Assembly (NCBI GenBank): GCA_964584335.1
Contig: CAZOZN010000003.1
Location: 54,929 to 118,928, forward strand
Reading direction: 5' to 3'
From: an uncultured archaeon
Lineage (GTDB): Archaea; Aenigmatarchaeota; Aenigmatarchaeia; PWEA01; JAGHBM01
Length of the DNA: 64,000 nucleotides
In this document: positions 28,506 through 38,975 of the stretch, piece after piece
Layout of the letters: every line of letters begins with the position of its first letter
Position numbering within the stretch: the stretch's first letter is position 1
Program-made: the position numbers and the translations under genes
The notes under the pieces: model-generated
Told to the model about the DNA's origin: nothing
The model's input: the letters and a program-made list of their open reading frames with translations, nothing else
Database searches by the model: none

Positions 28506-29173
28506 ATATCGTAAAATCCAAACTTCCAAACTTCTTTTAGTGAATCTTTCAGGCTTTCGTGTTTCATGTGCCTTATATTGAGAACTCTCTTCATTATTTT
28601 AAATTTTTTAAGGTAATCGCAATTTTTAATAAATTCTTTTGCCACAGTAGAATCTCCACCAAAGAATATGAAATCTATGTTTGTTTCATATGGTTTGAAT
28701 TTGGCCTTTATTTGAAAACAGACCTTTTTAAAGAAATCATTTATTTGACCTTCTCTAACTCTTGAATATCTTGCTGCACTTTGTCCTCCCGCTTTTGTTT
28801 TACCACTTACGAATTGAGTGCCCGTTTTATGAGAAAGTAATTTTTTATCTTTAAAAACACCGATTGAATATTCCCCCAGCCTCAAAAGTATAATACCGAG
28901 ATTGTAGTCATTATCTAAAATTTTTAATATGTCTTTTTTTTCAACTTTCTGGTCTTTTTCTACGGGAAAAGGCGGTATAATTAGGAAAGATTTTTTACCA
29001 TTTATAAATATTGCTCCTGTTTCGCTTTCACCTATTTTGTATGCAACTTCCTGCACTTCCTCTGAGAAATTTTCAGAAAAATCGGGAAAACTGCTTGGTT
29101 TAATTAATAGAATATTTTCATTTTCCAGTTCTTCTAAAATTTTAATAAAACTTTTTTTATTGATTAGGCTCAT
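28499..29173 (-). CDS. VLRF1-family (Vms1/aRF1-like) peptidyl-tRNA hydrolase
   Basis: LLRLGEYSIG, VSGKTKAGGQSAARYSRVR, FFGGD. Confidence 0.8.
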   Translation of the reverse strand: MSLINKKSFIKILEELENENILLIKPSSFPDFSENFSEEVQEVAYKIGESETGAIFINGKKSFLIIPPFPVEKDQKVEKKDILKILDNDYNLGIILLRLGEYSIGVFKDKKLLSHKTGTQFVSGKTKAGGQSAARYSRVREGQINDFFKKVCFQIKAKFKPYETNIDFIFFGGDSTVAKEFIKNCDYLKKFKIMKRVLNIRHMKHESLKDSLKEVWKFGFYDIQ

Positions 29174-29175
29174 TT

Positions 29176-29742
29176 TTAGCTCCTTTTTTTGTCGAATTTT
29201 TCAAAGAAAGCAGCAAAGTCTGAAAGGTATATTTCCTTCAATTCTTTTTTTCCTGTTTTCATCTTAAACCTGTCGAGAAGTTCCTGTCTGCTACTCACGC
29301 CAAAGTAGTTCATAAACTCTTCTGTAAGCGTTAAAATTTTTGTTCTTCCCGATTTTTCAGTTTTTATAAGCCCTCTTTGTTCAAGATCCTTTACGTAATC
29401 ATAAGCCCTGTTACCTATTGTTTTTACTATTTCACTCTGTGTTATGTCTTTTTTGTATACTGCCAAAGAGAGCACCTTTAACATTGCTCTTGATAAATCT
29501 GCATAAGGAGTAAGGTGTGAAACATTATCTAGATATTTTTCTTTTACCTTCAAGTGATAGCTCTCGTCTATGTTAAGGAGTTCGACACCCCTGTGGTCTT
29601 CTCTTGTTTCTTCGTTTATCTTTTTAAGTATCTCTTTTATCTCATTTTTTTTAAGACCCGTTATTGTTTTAAGGTCATGAATAGAAATCGGTTTATCTGA
29701 AATGAATAGCGCTGCCTCTATTAAACCCTTTTTTTCATTCAT
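29176..29742 (-). CDS. scpB: SMC-Scp complex subunit ScpB
   Basis: LIEAALFISDKP, LSRAMLKVLS, ITQSEIVKTIG, TEEFMNYFG. Confidence 0.92.
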   Translation of the reverse strand: MNEKKGLIEAALFISDKPISIHDLKTITGLKKNEIKEILKKINEETREDHRGVELLNIDESYHLKVKEKYLDNVSHLTPYADLSRAMLKVLSLAVYKKDITQSEIVKTIGNRAYDYVKDLEQRGLIKTEKSGRTKILTLTEEFMNYFGVSSRQELLDRFKMKTGKKELKEIYLSDFAAFFEKFDKKRS

Positions 29743-30421
29743 TAATATCATCTTTTAGTTTTATGTATATATCTTTAAAGACTTCTTTCTGGTCACAAGA
29801 AACTTTTCCATCTTGCGAGAGATGAAGCAGCGGCAAGAACTTTTCTACTATTTTGTCTCTTTCCCATTCGGGAACAAGTTTATTAAAAGTTATTTCACCT
29901 TTCTTTAGCTCGTTTAGAATTCCGTTAATCTGATTGTAAAGTTTTTCTATTCTTTCTTCTATATCTTCTTCTTCTACTAAAAGTTCTTCTACCCTTTTTC
30001 TTGCTCTCACTTTCTTTGTTTCTCTTATTTCTTTTGTCCTGAATGCTTTTTCTAGGGCCGAAACGAGCTCGTCTAATGTTACCTTCCTTCTTGATATTCT
30101 TTTTATTGGAGTCTCTAAGTCAGGTACTTTGGACAAATCTATTTTCTCCTCTTCTTTCTCTTCGTCTTCCTCTTTTTTCTCTTCTTCCTCGACAAGAAAC
30201 TCGACCTTAAGTCTTAATAATATTGCCGATATTACTATTATTCTGGAAGGGACTTTAAAGTCCATTATAGTCATTTTATTAATATAATCAAGGACAGCAT
30301 CAGCAAGCTTTATTATATCTATTTCCCAAGGGTCCATACCTTCTTCTATTGTTATGTAAGTCAGAACCTCTTCCCAGTTTGACTCCATTGATGCTATTTT
30401 TACTATGTCTTTTTCTTCCAT
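29735..30421 (-). CDS. scpA: Kleisin ScpA
   Basis: MDPWEIDIIKLAD, SAILLRLK, RKVTLDELVSAL, FLPLLHL...Q..F.DIYI. Confidence 0.92.
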   Translation of the reverse strand: MEEKDIVKIASMESNWEEVLTYITIEEGMDPWEIDIIKLADAVLDYINKMTIMDFKVPSRIIVISAILLRLKVEFLVEEEEKKEEDEEKEEEKIDLSKVPDLETPIKRISRRKVTLDELVSALEKAFRTKEIRETKKVRARKRVEELLVEEEDIEERIEKLYNQINGILNELKKGEITFNKLVPEWERDKIVEKFLPLLHLSQDGKVSCDQKEVFKDIYIKLKDDINE

Positions 30422-30534
30422 TAAAGGACCCTATGTTTATATTTAACTGTTTAAAATAAATTGCACAATTTACATACTTTTATATATAATATATGAGAAA
30501 ATTAAAATAGGTTAACACCCCCGAGGTAAGTGTT

Positions 30535-31023
30535 ATGTTTGGAGAAAAAGGAATTTCACCACTGATAGCTGCAGTGGTATTGATTGCTTTCGTAATAGCT
30601 GTTGCAGGAATAGCTTCTACTTTCTTTACCGGATTCACCAAGGAACAAAAGTCTGGTGTTGAGAGCAAAGCGGAAGACATAATAGAATGCTCTGTTGCAA
30701 CACTTGAGCTGGACAAGGATATAGTTGTTATAAACAAGACACGGGGAGATTTTGTTTTTGCTGTTGCTAATACAGGAAAGGAAGACCTTACCGGTTTGAA
30801 AATAATAATTTACAATGAATCTTACGCGGGAACTTGCGATGTTACACCATCATCCATAACAGTCGGTTCAACAATAACCGTAGCTGGAAATAACTGTACC
30901 TCTGTTCCAAGCAGTGGAAGGATAACTAAAGTCCAGTTAACTACATCAAGATGTCCTGGTGTAAAATCAGAACTAACCAACAGAACTGACACAATAACGG
31001 AGACTTGGAGAGTAACAGCATAA
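30535..31023 (+). CDS. Archaeal type IV pilin/archaellin-like protein
   Basis: EKG|ISPLIAAVVLIAFVIAVAG signature; GAGGT RBS. Confidence 0.88.
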   Translation: MFGEKGISPLIAAVVLIAFVIAVAGIASTFFTGFTKEQKSGVESKAEDIIECSVATLELDKDIVVINKTRGDFVFAVANTGKEDLTGLKIIIYNESYAGTCDVTPSSITVGSTITVAGNNCTSVPSSGRITKVQLTTSRCPGVKSELTNRTDTITETWRVTA

Positions 31024-31073
31024 TTCCTGTTTTTATTTATTTAAATTTTTCTATAATCAGATTTTTAATGCTT

Positions 31074-33497
31074 CTAATTGTCCGGCATTTTTATTGCCAT
31101 GACTTTCGATACACCATCTTCCATGGATATACCGTAAACTTGGTCCGCCATTTTTATTGTAACGTCGTTATGTGTTATTACTATGAACTGTGCTTTGGAT
31201 GATTGTTTTTTAATCAACATGCCTATTTTTTTTGAGTTTAGCTTGTCCAGTGCCGCGTCTACTTCGTCCAGAACATAGAAAGGAGCCGGTTTGTACATCT
31301 GAACTGCAAAGAGAAACGCCAATGCTGTTAATGTTTTTTCCCCGCCGGACATAGAGTCTATACTTAAGGTTTTCTTTCCTTTGGGTCTTGCTTTTATTAT
31401 TAGTCCTGACCTTATGTCATCCGGTTCCTCAAGTTCCATGCTTGCAGTCCCTTCTCCTATTTCCTCAAAAAGTTCACCGAAATTTTTATTTACCGAGTCA
31501 AAGGCAAGCATGAATACTTCTTTTCTTCTTGATTCTATTTTTTCAACCATTTCAAGTATTGCATTTTTTTCCTTTATTATTTTTTCTGTCTTTTTGCTGA
31601 GGTCATCATAAAGCATTTTCATGCTTTCAAAATCTTCTATTGCTTTCATGTTTACCGGTCCTATTCTTCTTAGCTTTTCAAATATCTGAGTTTTCCTTTT
31701 TTGCATTGCTTCAATTTCTTCATCAATAAAATTATCAATGTCTTTAAATTCCTCGAATTCTAGCTCAAGATTTTCTATTTGTGTTTCAAGCCTGGTTTTT
31801 TTTGTTCTTAGGTCGCCTATCTTGACGCTGTATTTGGTTCTTTTTTCATACAGTTCTTTTCTCTTTAACCTCAAATCCTCTGCTTCTTTACCTATTTTGT
31901 CTATTTCACCCTCGTATTCAGAGGATTTTATTTCTTTCTCTTCTTCTTCTTTTAGTTTTCTTATTTTCTCTTCTACTATCGCTTTTTCGTCTTTTAGCCT
32001 TTCGTTTTCTTCTTCAAGTTCCTTTACTCTTTCTCTGTATTTAGAAACTTCGTGCCTGCTTGATTTTTTTCTGAACCCTCCTGTCATCGCACCCGATTTT
32101 TGTATTAATTCTCCCTCCAGTGTAACCATTCTGTATTTTCCCATCAATTTCCTAGCAGTTTTCATATCTTCAACTACAAGAGTTCTTCCAAAAACATATT
32201 TCATTGCAGGTCCGTATAATTTGTCATAATCTATAAGATTAATTGCAAAATCTATTACACCGGGTTCTTCTTTAAGTTTTTCTCCATGGGACCTTATTTT
32301 GTTAAGAGGAAGGAAAGTCGCCCGGCCCATTTTCTTGTTTTTTAGGTAATTTATACACTCTTCTGCTATACCATCCGTTTGTACTATTATATCTTTTATG
32401 TGATTTCCCGCTGTTACTTCTATTGCAGTCCTGTAAACATCTTCAGTTTTGAATAACTCCGCCACACTGCCGTAAACACCGGGTCTTTTTTTAAGCAAAC
32501 TGCTTATGTGATCATCATGTGAAAGATTCTTTATCATATCTTCCATGGTCTGTATTCGAGTTCTGTTACTTTCTATTTTGTTTGTATACTTGTCAATTTC
32601 CTTGTCAAACTTGTTGTATGCATCCGTATTTTTACTTTGCTTTAAAGCCTTAGAAGTCAGTTCTCTCATTTTACTTTGTTTTTCTTCCAGATTCGTGTCA
32701 TAAGAATCAAACTTTTTTTCTATTTCGTTAAAATTAGCTAATTTTTCATTCATTTCTTTTTCTATTTCATCCAGTTTATCTTTTGTTGTTTTTAATTTTT
32801 TGTTAATTATTGAGCCTGATATGAGTCTTTTCTCTTCCTCTAGGTTTTTGTTTTCTCTTGCAAGTTTTTGTTCTCTTTCCAGTTTTTTTAGTGCGTTCTT
32901 CTTTTCACTTAAACGTATTTCAGCCTCTTTTAATTTTGAATCAACTTTTGACAGTTCGTTTTCTGCTTTTGTTTTTTTGTCTTCGAACTCAGCTATTCCT
33001 GATATCTCGTCTATTATTCCTCTTCTTTGTAGTGGAGTCATGTCTATTAGGTTTGTAACATCTCCCTGCATTATTATGTTATGACCGTCTGCATGTATGC
33101 TTGCTCCACTTAATACATCTATTATTTTTCTTCTGTTTACAGTAACACCATTTAGTTTGTAGTTACTGACCCCGTTTTTGTTGACCTTTCTTGTTATTTT
33201 TATAAGGTCTTCCTCACCCTTTATTTCTTTATCCTCGTTGTTAAGGTATAAGTTAACAACACCATAACTTGAACCTTGTCTTTTTTTGCCGCCGTTGAAT
33301 ATAAGCTGTTCAAGTTTTTTTGCTCTTATTGTTTTTGCTGACCTTATGCCAAGAACGAAACAAAGCGAGTCTACTATATTTGATTTTCCTGAGCCGTTCG
33401 CACCGCATATAACATTGAATCCCGAGGGAAAGGGCAATGCAGTTTTGTTTGCAAAGGATTTGAATCCTTTCATTGAAAGCTTTTCTATTCTTACCAT
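31074..33497 (-). CDS. smc: Chromosome segregation protein SMC (short arms, 807 aa)
   Basis: GFKSF, GANGSGKSN, hinge GRATFLPLN and GAMTGG, signature MSGGEK, LDEVDAALD. Confidence 0.95.
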   Translation of the reverse strand: MVRIEKLSMKGFKSFANKTALPFPSGFNVICGANGSGKSNIVDSLCFVLGIRSAKTIRAKKLEQLIFNGGKKRQGSSYGVVNLYLNNEDKEIKGEEDLIKITRKVNKNGVSNYKLNGVTVNRRKIIDVLSGASIHADGHNIIMQGDVTNLIDMTPLQRRGIIDEISGIAEFEDKKTKAENELSKVDSKLKEAEIRLSEKKNALKKLEREQKLARENKNLEEEKRLISGSIINKKLKTTKDKLDEIEKEMNEKLANFNEIEKKFDSYDTNLEEKQSKMRELTSKALKQSKNTDAYNKFDKEIDKYTNKIESNRTRIQTMEDMIKNLSHDDHISSLLKKRPGVYGSVAELFKTEDVYRTAIEVTAGNHIKDIIVQTDGIAEECINYLKNKKMGRATFLPLNKIRSHGEKLKEEPGVIDFAINLIDYDKLYGPAMKYVFGRTLVVEDMKTARKLMGKYRMVTLEGELIQKSGAMTGGFRKKSSRHEVSKYRERVKELEEENERLKDEKAIVEEKIRKLKEEEEKEIKSSEYEGEIDKIGKEAEDLRLKRKELYEKRTKYSVKIGDLRTKKTRLETQIENLELEFEEFKDIDNFIDEEIEAMQKRKTQIFEKLRRIGPVNMKAIEDFESMKMLYDDLSKKTEKIIKEKNAILEMVEKIESRRKEVFMLAFDSVNKNFGELFEEIGEGTASMELEEPDDIRSGLIIKARPKGKKTLSIDSMSGGEKTLTALAFLFAVQMYKPAPFYVLDEVDAALDKLNSKKIGMLIKKQSSKAQFIVITHNDVTIKMADQVYGISMEDGVSKVMAIKMPDN

Positions 33498-33535
33498 TGG
33501 AAAACCTTAATTGGGGGTTTTTTGATTAAAAATCT

Positions 33536-34141
33536 TTAACATTTCTCTAGGCTGTCTATTATTTTGTTTCTTATTTTTTCTTTCATTTTTTTTGCATTTG
33601 GTAAGTCGGGGGTGTGTTTTTTTCCATATGAGTTGTAATGAGTGAACTGTGAGATGTCGTCTCTAAATGGTGCTGAAGGTTCTTCCCTCGGATAACCTAC
33701 TGTAATTAGCGCCACAGGCTTTATGTTTTCTATACAGTTTGCTATTTCTTTTACATCATTCTCCTCAAAAGCACTAACACAACAGGAACCAAGTCCCAGT
33801 GAATGTGATGCCAGCATCATGTTTTGAATTGCCATTCCTATTGTTTCAAGTGAATACATTTCTCCTCTTTCTCCAAAAGTTCCCTTGGCTATTTTTTCAT
33901 TTATGCAGACTACAAATATCAAAGGAGCAGTTGTTATCCACATCTGGTCTAATGAGGCCTTTGCCAATTTTTTTATTTTTTCTGAATCGTCTACTACTAT
34001 TATCTCCCAAGGCTGTCTGTTTCCTGCTGATGGCGACCATCTACATGCTTCAAGAATAAAGCCTATCTTATCATTTTCAACTTTTAAGTCTTCGTAATTT
34101 CTTATGCTTCTTCTGTTTTGTATTGCCTCAAATAAGTCCAT
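33536..34141 (-). CDS. Nitroreductase family protein
   Basis: RRSIRNY, SPSAGNRQPW, QNMMLASHSLGLGSC. Confidence 0.92.
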   Translation of the reverse strand: MDLFEAIQNRRSIRNYEDLKVENDKIGFILEACRWSPSAGNRQPWEIIVVDDSEKIKKLAKASLDQMWITTAPLIFVVCINEKIAKGTFGERGEMYSLETIGMAIQNMMLASHSLGLGSCCVSAFEENDVKEIANCIENIKPVALITVGYPREEPSAPFRDDISQFTHYNSYGKKHTPDLPNAKKMKEKIRNKIIDSLEKC

Positions 34142-34248
34142 AAAATCTCCAATATAAACATTATGTTAATGTAAATTATAAATGTTTTATAATATTTTAT
34201 AATGATTTTTGTAAGGTTTAAATAGTTTTTGTTACCAATTAGTGATTT

Positions 34249-34536
34249 ATGAAGTATAAAAAAGTAGATAACACGTGGGGGATGCCATGCCCAGAATCTG
34301 TTTATGAAGAAGTTTCATCTACTTACGGTGAGCTTCTTAGGGATGGTGGTTTTAGAGCATGGGAAGACGTTGACGTAAAAAGGCTTTCTTATCTTTTCAT
34401 TGTTAAAGATTCTATAAGAAGGCTCGATAAAAAGGATGATGAGTGTTATAAAGCTCTTAATGAAATAGTTCCTTACATAGATAGTATATATGGGGATGTT
34501 TCTCACGAACTTGATGGTGTTGAAATAGATTTTTAA
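34249..34536 (+). CDS. Hypothetical protein
   Basis: 95-aa ORF with TATA (TTTAAATA) upstream. Confidence 0.5.
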   Translation: MKYKKVDNTWGMPCPESVYEEVSSTYGELLRDGGFRAWEDVDVKRLSYLFIVKDSIRRLDKKDDECYKALNEIVPYIDSIYGDVSHELDGVEIDF

Positions 34537-34568
34537 ATTATTATATTTCTTTACCTCTTAATATTTTT

Positions 34569-36269
34569 ATGAGATATTCAGAACTTGCGAATGTTTATGA
34601 GACTCTTCAGAACACGCAATCAAAACTTGAGAAGGCCGATATACTTGCTGACCTTTTTTTAAAGGCAAACCCTTCTGAACTCTCTAAACTTGCTTATTTG
34701 GCTTCAGGGAGAGTTTTTTCATCTTATTCAAAGGAGGTCATAGGTATAGGTGCCCAGTTGATGATAAAAGCAATATCCAGGGCAACCGGGTTTTCAACGA
34801 AAGAGGTCGAGGATAAGTTTAGAGAAAAGGGGGATTTGGGGTTGGCTGCTTCTTTTTTTGTAGAATCAAGAAGACAAAGAACCTTAATGAGAAGGAAACT
34901 GACTGTTGATAAGGTTTTTAAAAACATAAGAGAACTCCCAAAAATAACAGGTTCTCGCTCCCAAGAAAAAAAAATGAACAATATATCAGAACTTTTTGCT
35001 TCCGCGGAACCCAAGGAGGCAATTTATATAACGCGTACTATACTCGAGGAGCTTCGTGTTGGTGTTGCTAGGGGGATGATAAGGGATGCTATAACTAAGG
35101 CTTTTCTCCACCCTAATAACATGGAAGAAAAAAAGGAATATACAAAAAAAGTTGATTATGCATATAACATACTATCGGACTTTAGCGAGGTTGCGAGGAT
35201 AGCAAAGGAAGAAGGCATTGAGGGTCTTGAGAATGCTAGAGTTAAACTCGGTCAGCCCATGCATTTAATGCTTGGTGAGAAAGCCGAGTCTATAGAAGAG
35301 GTCATTGACAAGTTTGGTAAAGTAGTTGTTGAATACAAATATGACGGCATGCGAGCCCAGATACACAAAAAAGGCAATAAAATATGGATTTTTACAAGAA
35401 GACTTGATGACGTAACCAAACAATTTCCGGACCTGGCGGAGATGTGCAGGAATTGTCTTGTTCACGATGAATGTGTTGTTGAGGGAGAAGTTCTTGCAGT
35501 GGACCCCGAGACCGGTTATCCTAGGCCTTTTCAGAAACTTTCGCAGAGAATACAAAGGAAGTACAATATAAAGGAAATGTCTGAGAAGATACCCGTTGAA
35601 ATAGACCTTTTCGATATTATGTATGTTGACGGTAAAATGCTATTCGGAGAGAGTTTTATAGAGAGAAGAAAAGTACTTGAAAATTCTGTTAAAGTAAAAA
35701 AAGGTAAGTTCCAGCTGGCAAATCAGATGGTTACTGACAGTCCCAAGGATGCCGAAAAATTTTACAAAGAAGCCCTTGAAGCCAGACAGGAAGGCATATT
35801 TATGAAAGTTCCTGATTCAAAGTATGTTTTCGGAAGACATGTCAATGGTTGGTACAAGATAAAACCTGTCATGGAGACTCTCGACCTTGTTATAGTTGCT
35901 GCCACTTGGGGTGAAGGGAGAAGGTCTAAGTGGATAAGTTCTTATGTTCTTGCATGCCGTGAAGAAGAAACTGGAAAATTCCTTCCTTGTGGAATGATGG
36001 GAACAGGGCTTACTGAGGAGATGTTTCAGAATATGACTGATAGATTGAAGCCTCTAATAAAGGAGGAAAAAGGGAAGGAAATTGAGGTCAGGGCTCAGAT
36101 AGTTGTAGAGGCTGCTTATCAGGAGATACAAAAATCACCCACTTATGAAGCAGGGTATGCTCTTCGTTTCCCAAGACTGATAAAGATTAGAGAAGACAAG
36201 GGACCCGATGAAGCTGATACAATAGAAAGGCTTATAAATCTTTACAAAAGCCAGGGAAGAAAAGGATAA
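34569..36269 (+). CDS. lig: ATP-dependent DNA ligase (archaeal type)
   Basis: EYKYDGMRAQIH, EGIFMK, WYKIKP, LDLVIVAATWGEGRRS, ALRFPR. Confidence 0.96.
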   Translation: MRYSELANVYETLQNTQSKLEKADILADLFLKANPSELSKLAYLASGRVFSSYSKEVIGIGAQLMIKAISRATGFSTKEVEDKFREKGDLGLAASFFVESRRQRTLMRRKLTVDKVFKNIRELPKITGSRSQEKKMNNISELFASAEPKEAIYITRTILEELRVGVARGMIRDAITKAFLHPNNMEEKKEYTKKVDYAYNILSDFSEVARIAKEEGIEGLENARVKLGQPMHLMLGEKAESIEEVIDKFGKVVVEYKYDGMRAQIHKKGNKIWIFTRRLDDVTKQFPDLAEMCRNCLVHDECVVEGEVLAVDPETGYPRPFQKLSQRIQRKYNIKEMSEKIPVEIDLFDIMYVDGKMLFGESFIERRKVLENSVKVKKGKFQLANQMVTDSPKDAEKFYKEALEARQEGIFMKVPDSKYVFGRHVNGWYKIKPVMETLDLVIVAATWGEGRRSKWISSYVLACREEETGKFLPCGMMGTGLTEEMFQNMTDRLKPLIKEEKGKEIEVRAQIVVEAAYQEIQKSPTYEAGYALRFPRLIKIREDKGPDEADTIERLINLYKSQGRKG

Positions 36270-36283
36270 ATGGAAGGTTTAAA

Positions 36284-36326
36284 TACTTAAGAGTGCTTAT
36301 TTAACTACATTTAGCACTTATAAGTG
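36284..36326. promoter_or_regulatory. Candidate operator palindromes upstream of the TrmB gene
   Basis: CACTTATAAGTG (36315-36326) and the related TACTTAAGAGTG (36284-36295) beside TATA-like boxes. Confidence 0.4.
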
Positions 36327-36375
36327 ACACAAAACTATATAAATATAAAACATAAAATAATTTTAGGTAGATAGA

Positions 36376-37194
36376 ATGGTAGAATCAGTGGTAAGTCAGG
36401 ATGTATTGGATACCCTAAAATCTTTGGGATTGAATTCATACGAGAGGAAACTTTATGTGACCTTGCTTTCAAAAGGAACTTCTAACGCAGGAACTTTGTC
36501 AGAGTTATCTGGGGTACCGAGGTCTAGAACATATGACGTTCTTGAGAGCCTCGCAGATAAGGGCTTTGTTGTTATTCAGTCTAGCAAGCCTTTAAAGTAT
36601 GTTGCAGTGGACCCAGAAGAAGCAATGGAAAGACTAAAATCGAAACACAGAAAAAACTACGATACAATGATAAAAAGAATCGAGAAAGTAAAGAAAGGAA
36701 AGACATTAAGCGAACTGCAAAAATTGTTTAAGAACGGGGTAAAGACAGTTGACCCAACTGAATTTACAGGTGCTTTAAAGGGCAGAAATTCAATGAATCA
36801 GCAGCTACAAACTCTTATAAGAAAATCTAAAGAGAGCATATATTTGATGACTTCTCTTGAAGGGCTTCAGGAACTAAACGAAAATCATAATAATCTTTTG
36901 GAGGATGCAGCAGGAAGGGGGGTTAAGATAAAAATAGCCGCTCCTTTGAATGATTCGACAATAAATGCTTTAAAGAGCTTAAGGAGTTTTGCTGAATTGA
37001 GAGATATAAAAGGAACAAACATATCTGGAAGATTCGCGATAGTGGACGGCAAGGAGTTAATATTTGCTCTAACTAAAGACAGTGAAACTCACCCAACCCA
37101 AGACTTGCATCTTTGGTCACAGAGCGACCATGCTGCAGGAGAAGTTTTAGAGCCTTTATTTAAGATGGTTTGGGACAGGTCCAATAAAATTTAA
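36376..37194 (+). CDS. TrmB-family transcriptional regulator
   Basis: LGLNSYERKLY...SGVPRSRTYDVLESLADKGFV HTH; C-terminal RFAIVDGKE. Confidence 0.92.
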   Translation: MVESVVSQDVLDTLKSLGLNSYERKLYVTLLSKGTSNAGTLSELSGVPRSRTYDVLESLADKGFVVIQSSKPLKYVAVDPEEAMERLKSKHRKNYDTMIKRIEKVKKGKTLSELQKLFKNGVKTVDPTEFTGALKGRNSMNQQLQTLIRKSKESIYLMTSLEGLQELNENHNNLLEDAAGRGVKIKIAAPLNDSTINALKSLRSFAELRDIKGTNISGRFAIVDGKELIFALTKDSETHPTQDLHLWSQSDHAAGEVLEPLFKMVWDRSNKI

Positions 37195-37225
37195 AGTTTG
37201 ATTTAAGCCTATTTTTTAGGCATTT

Positions 37226-38422
37226 TTATTTAATTTTGTGCTTTTTTATTAATTTTCCTAATCTTTCTATACCTTTTTCTATTTTATCTTCATCAGCATT
37301 GCTAAAGTTAAGTCTCATTGAATCATGACCAGAGCCGTCAACACAAAATGCAGCACCATGTATATAGGCAACTTTGTTCTTTATTGCTTCAGAAAATAAT
37401 TTTTCAGTATCTATTTTTTTTGGTATTTTAACCCATAGAAACATACCACCGTCAGGTTTTTCACATCTACAACCTTCGGGAAAGTGTTTTTTTAATGAAT
37501 ACAACATTATATCTCTTTTTTTCTTGTAATTTTTTCTTATTTTTTTAATTTGTTTGTCCATAAAACCCGAGGAAATGTACTCGTTTGACAAGTATTGAGA
37601 AAAGATGTTGGTACAGAGATCAGTGCCTTGTTTTATTATGTTTATTTTTCTTGCAAGTTCTTCTTCTGCAATCATCCATCCCATTCTAAATCCGGGCGCG
37701 AAGGTTTTTGAAAGTGTGCTCATGTATATAACAAGTCCGCTCTTATCCAGACTTTTTATGCTTGGTATTTGTTTACCGGAGAATCTCAATTCCACGTATG
37801 GGTCGTCCTCTATTATAGGTATGTCATACTTTTCGGATATTTCGATTAGATGTTTTCTTCTTTCATATGTCATGGTGACTCCTGCCGGATTATGAAAGTT
37901 TGGTATCGAGTATATCATCTTTACTTTGTTCCTTTCTTCTTTTTTCATTTTCTTTAACTTTTTTTCAAGTTCTTCCGTTTTCATTCCAAAGGAATCAATA
38001 CCGACAGTCAAGAATTTCGACTGGTAAATCCTAAAGCTGCATATACCTCCCAGGTAAGTGGGTACTTCAAGGGCTACAAAATCTCCCGGATTTATGAATG
38101 TTTTTGTTACGAGGTCTATTGCCTCTTGGGTACCGTTTGTTATTAAAATATTTTTTTTATTGCATTTTATGCCGAATTTTTTCATTCTTTTAGACAGTGT
38201 TTCTCTTAATTCTACTATACCTTCTGTTATCCCGTATTGTAAGGGGCACGTACCGTATTTTTTTAGTATTTTTTTGCATAGCTTGTCTATTTTTTTTACC
38301 GGGAAAGAATCAGGACTTGGCAGACCACCACCGAAAGATATAATATCTTTCTTGTTGGCCAACTTTAAAAGTTCTCTTATTTCAGAAGCCTTTATCTCAT
38401 TGGTTCTTTCAGCAAACCTCAT
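37226..38422 (-). CDS. PLP-dependent aminotransferase class I/II (LysN-like)
   Basis: ISFGGGLP, PNFHNPAG, EDDPY, TLSKTFAPGFRMGW, MRLNFS. Confidence 0.93.
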   Translation of the reverse strand: MRFAERTNEIKASEIRELLKLANKKDIISFGGGLPSPDSFPVKKIDKLCKKILKKYGTCPLQYGITEGIVELRETLSKRMKKFGIKCNKKNILITNGTQEAIDLVTKTFINPGDFVALEVPTYLGGICSFRIYQSKFLTVGIDSFGMKTEELEKKLKKMKKEERNKVKMIYSIPNFHNPAGVTMTYERRKHLIEISEKYDIPIIEDDPYVELRFSGKQIPSIKSLDKSGLVIYMSTLSKTFAPGFRMGWMIAEEELARKINIIKQGTDLCTNIFSQYLSNEYISSGFMDKQIKKIRKNYKKKRDIMLYSLKKHFPEGCRCEKPDGGMFLWVKIPKKIDTEKLFSEAIKNKVAYIHGAAFCVDGSGHDSMRLNFSNADEDKIEKGIERLGKLIKKHKIK

Positions 38423-38426
38423 TAAA

Positions 38427-38975
38427 TCACTTTTTTTCCCTGGCTATTTTCATACCTTTAGGAAGACTTAGTTCTATCTTCAAACCATCAGAGTCATTTT
38501 CTTGTATTTTATTTTTTTTGTTTTCGCCAAATTCATTTTCAATTTCTCTTTCTACCTTTCCTATTTTTAGTATAAAGAAAGATATTATTGTCGTTATAAA
38601 TGAAAGTACGTAGTTTCCCATACCAACCATGAGACCTATAGCCGCCACAATCCATAAGCTGGCGGCGGTTGTTATTCCATGAACTTTTCCTTTTGTTGCT
38701 ATTATGCTACCTCCTCCTATGAAACCTATGCCTGTTACTATTCCTGCTGCTATTCTTGAGTAGTCTGCATTTTGTACTGCTGTGTCCGGAGGTATCATAT
38801 AGAAAGATGCTATCGCAAAGAGGCATGCACCCATACAAACCAGGGCGTGAGTTCTTAATCCTGCAGGTTTTCTTGTTATTTCTCTTTCTAGTCCCACAAG
38901 TGCACCGAAACCAACCGATGCAAGAAGTCTTAGTACCAGTTCTATTGTCATAGAATCAAGGCCTATATTTACCAT
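38427..38975 (-). CDS. MgtC/SapB family membrane protein
   Basis: GLERE...PAGLRTHALV, RIAAGIVTGIGFIGGG, GITTAASLW; ATG 38975 preferred. Confidence 0.92.
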   Translation of the reverse strand: MVNIGLDSMTIELVLRLLASVGFGALVGLEREITRKPAGLRTHALVCMGACLFAIASFYMIPPDTAVQNADYSRIAAGIVTGIGFIGGGSIIATKGKVHGITTAASLWIVAAIGLMVGMGNYVLSFITTIISFFILKIGKVEREIENEFGENKKNKIQENDSDGLKIELSLPKGMKIAREKK

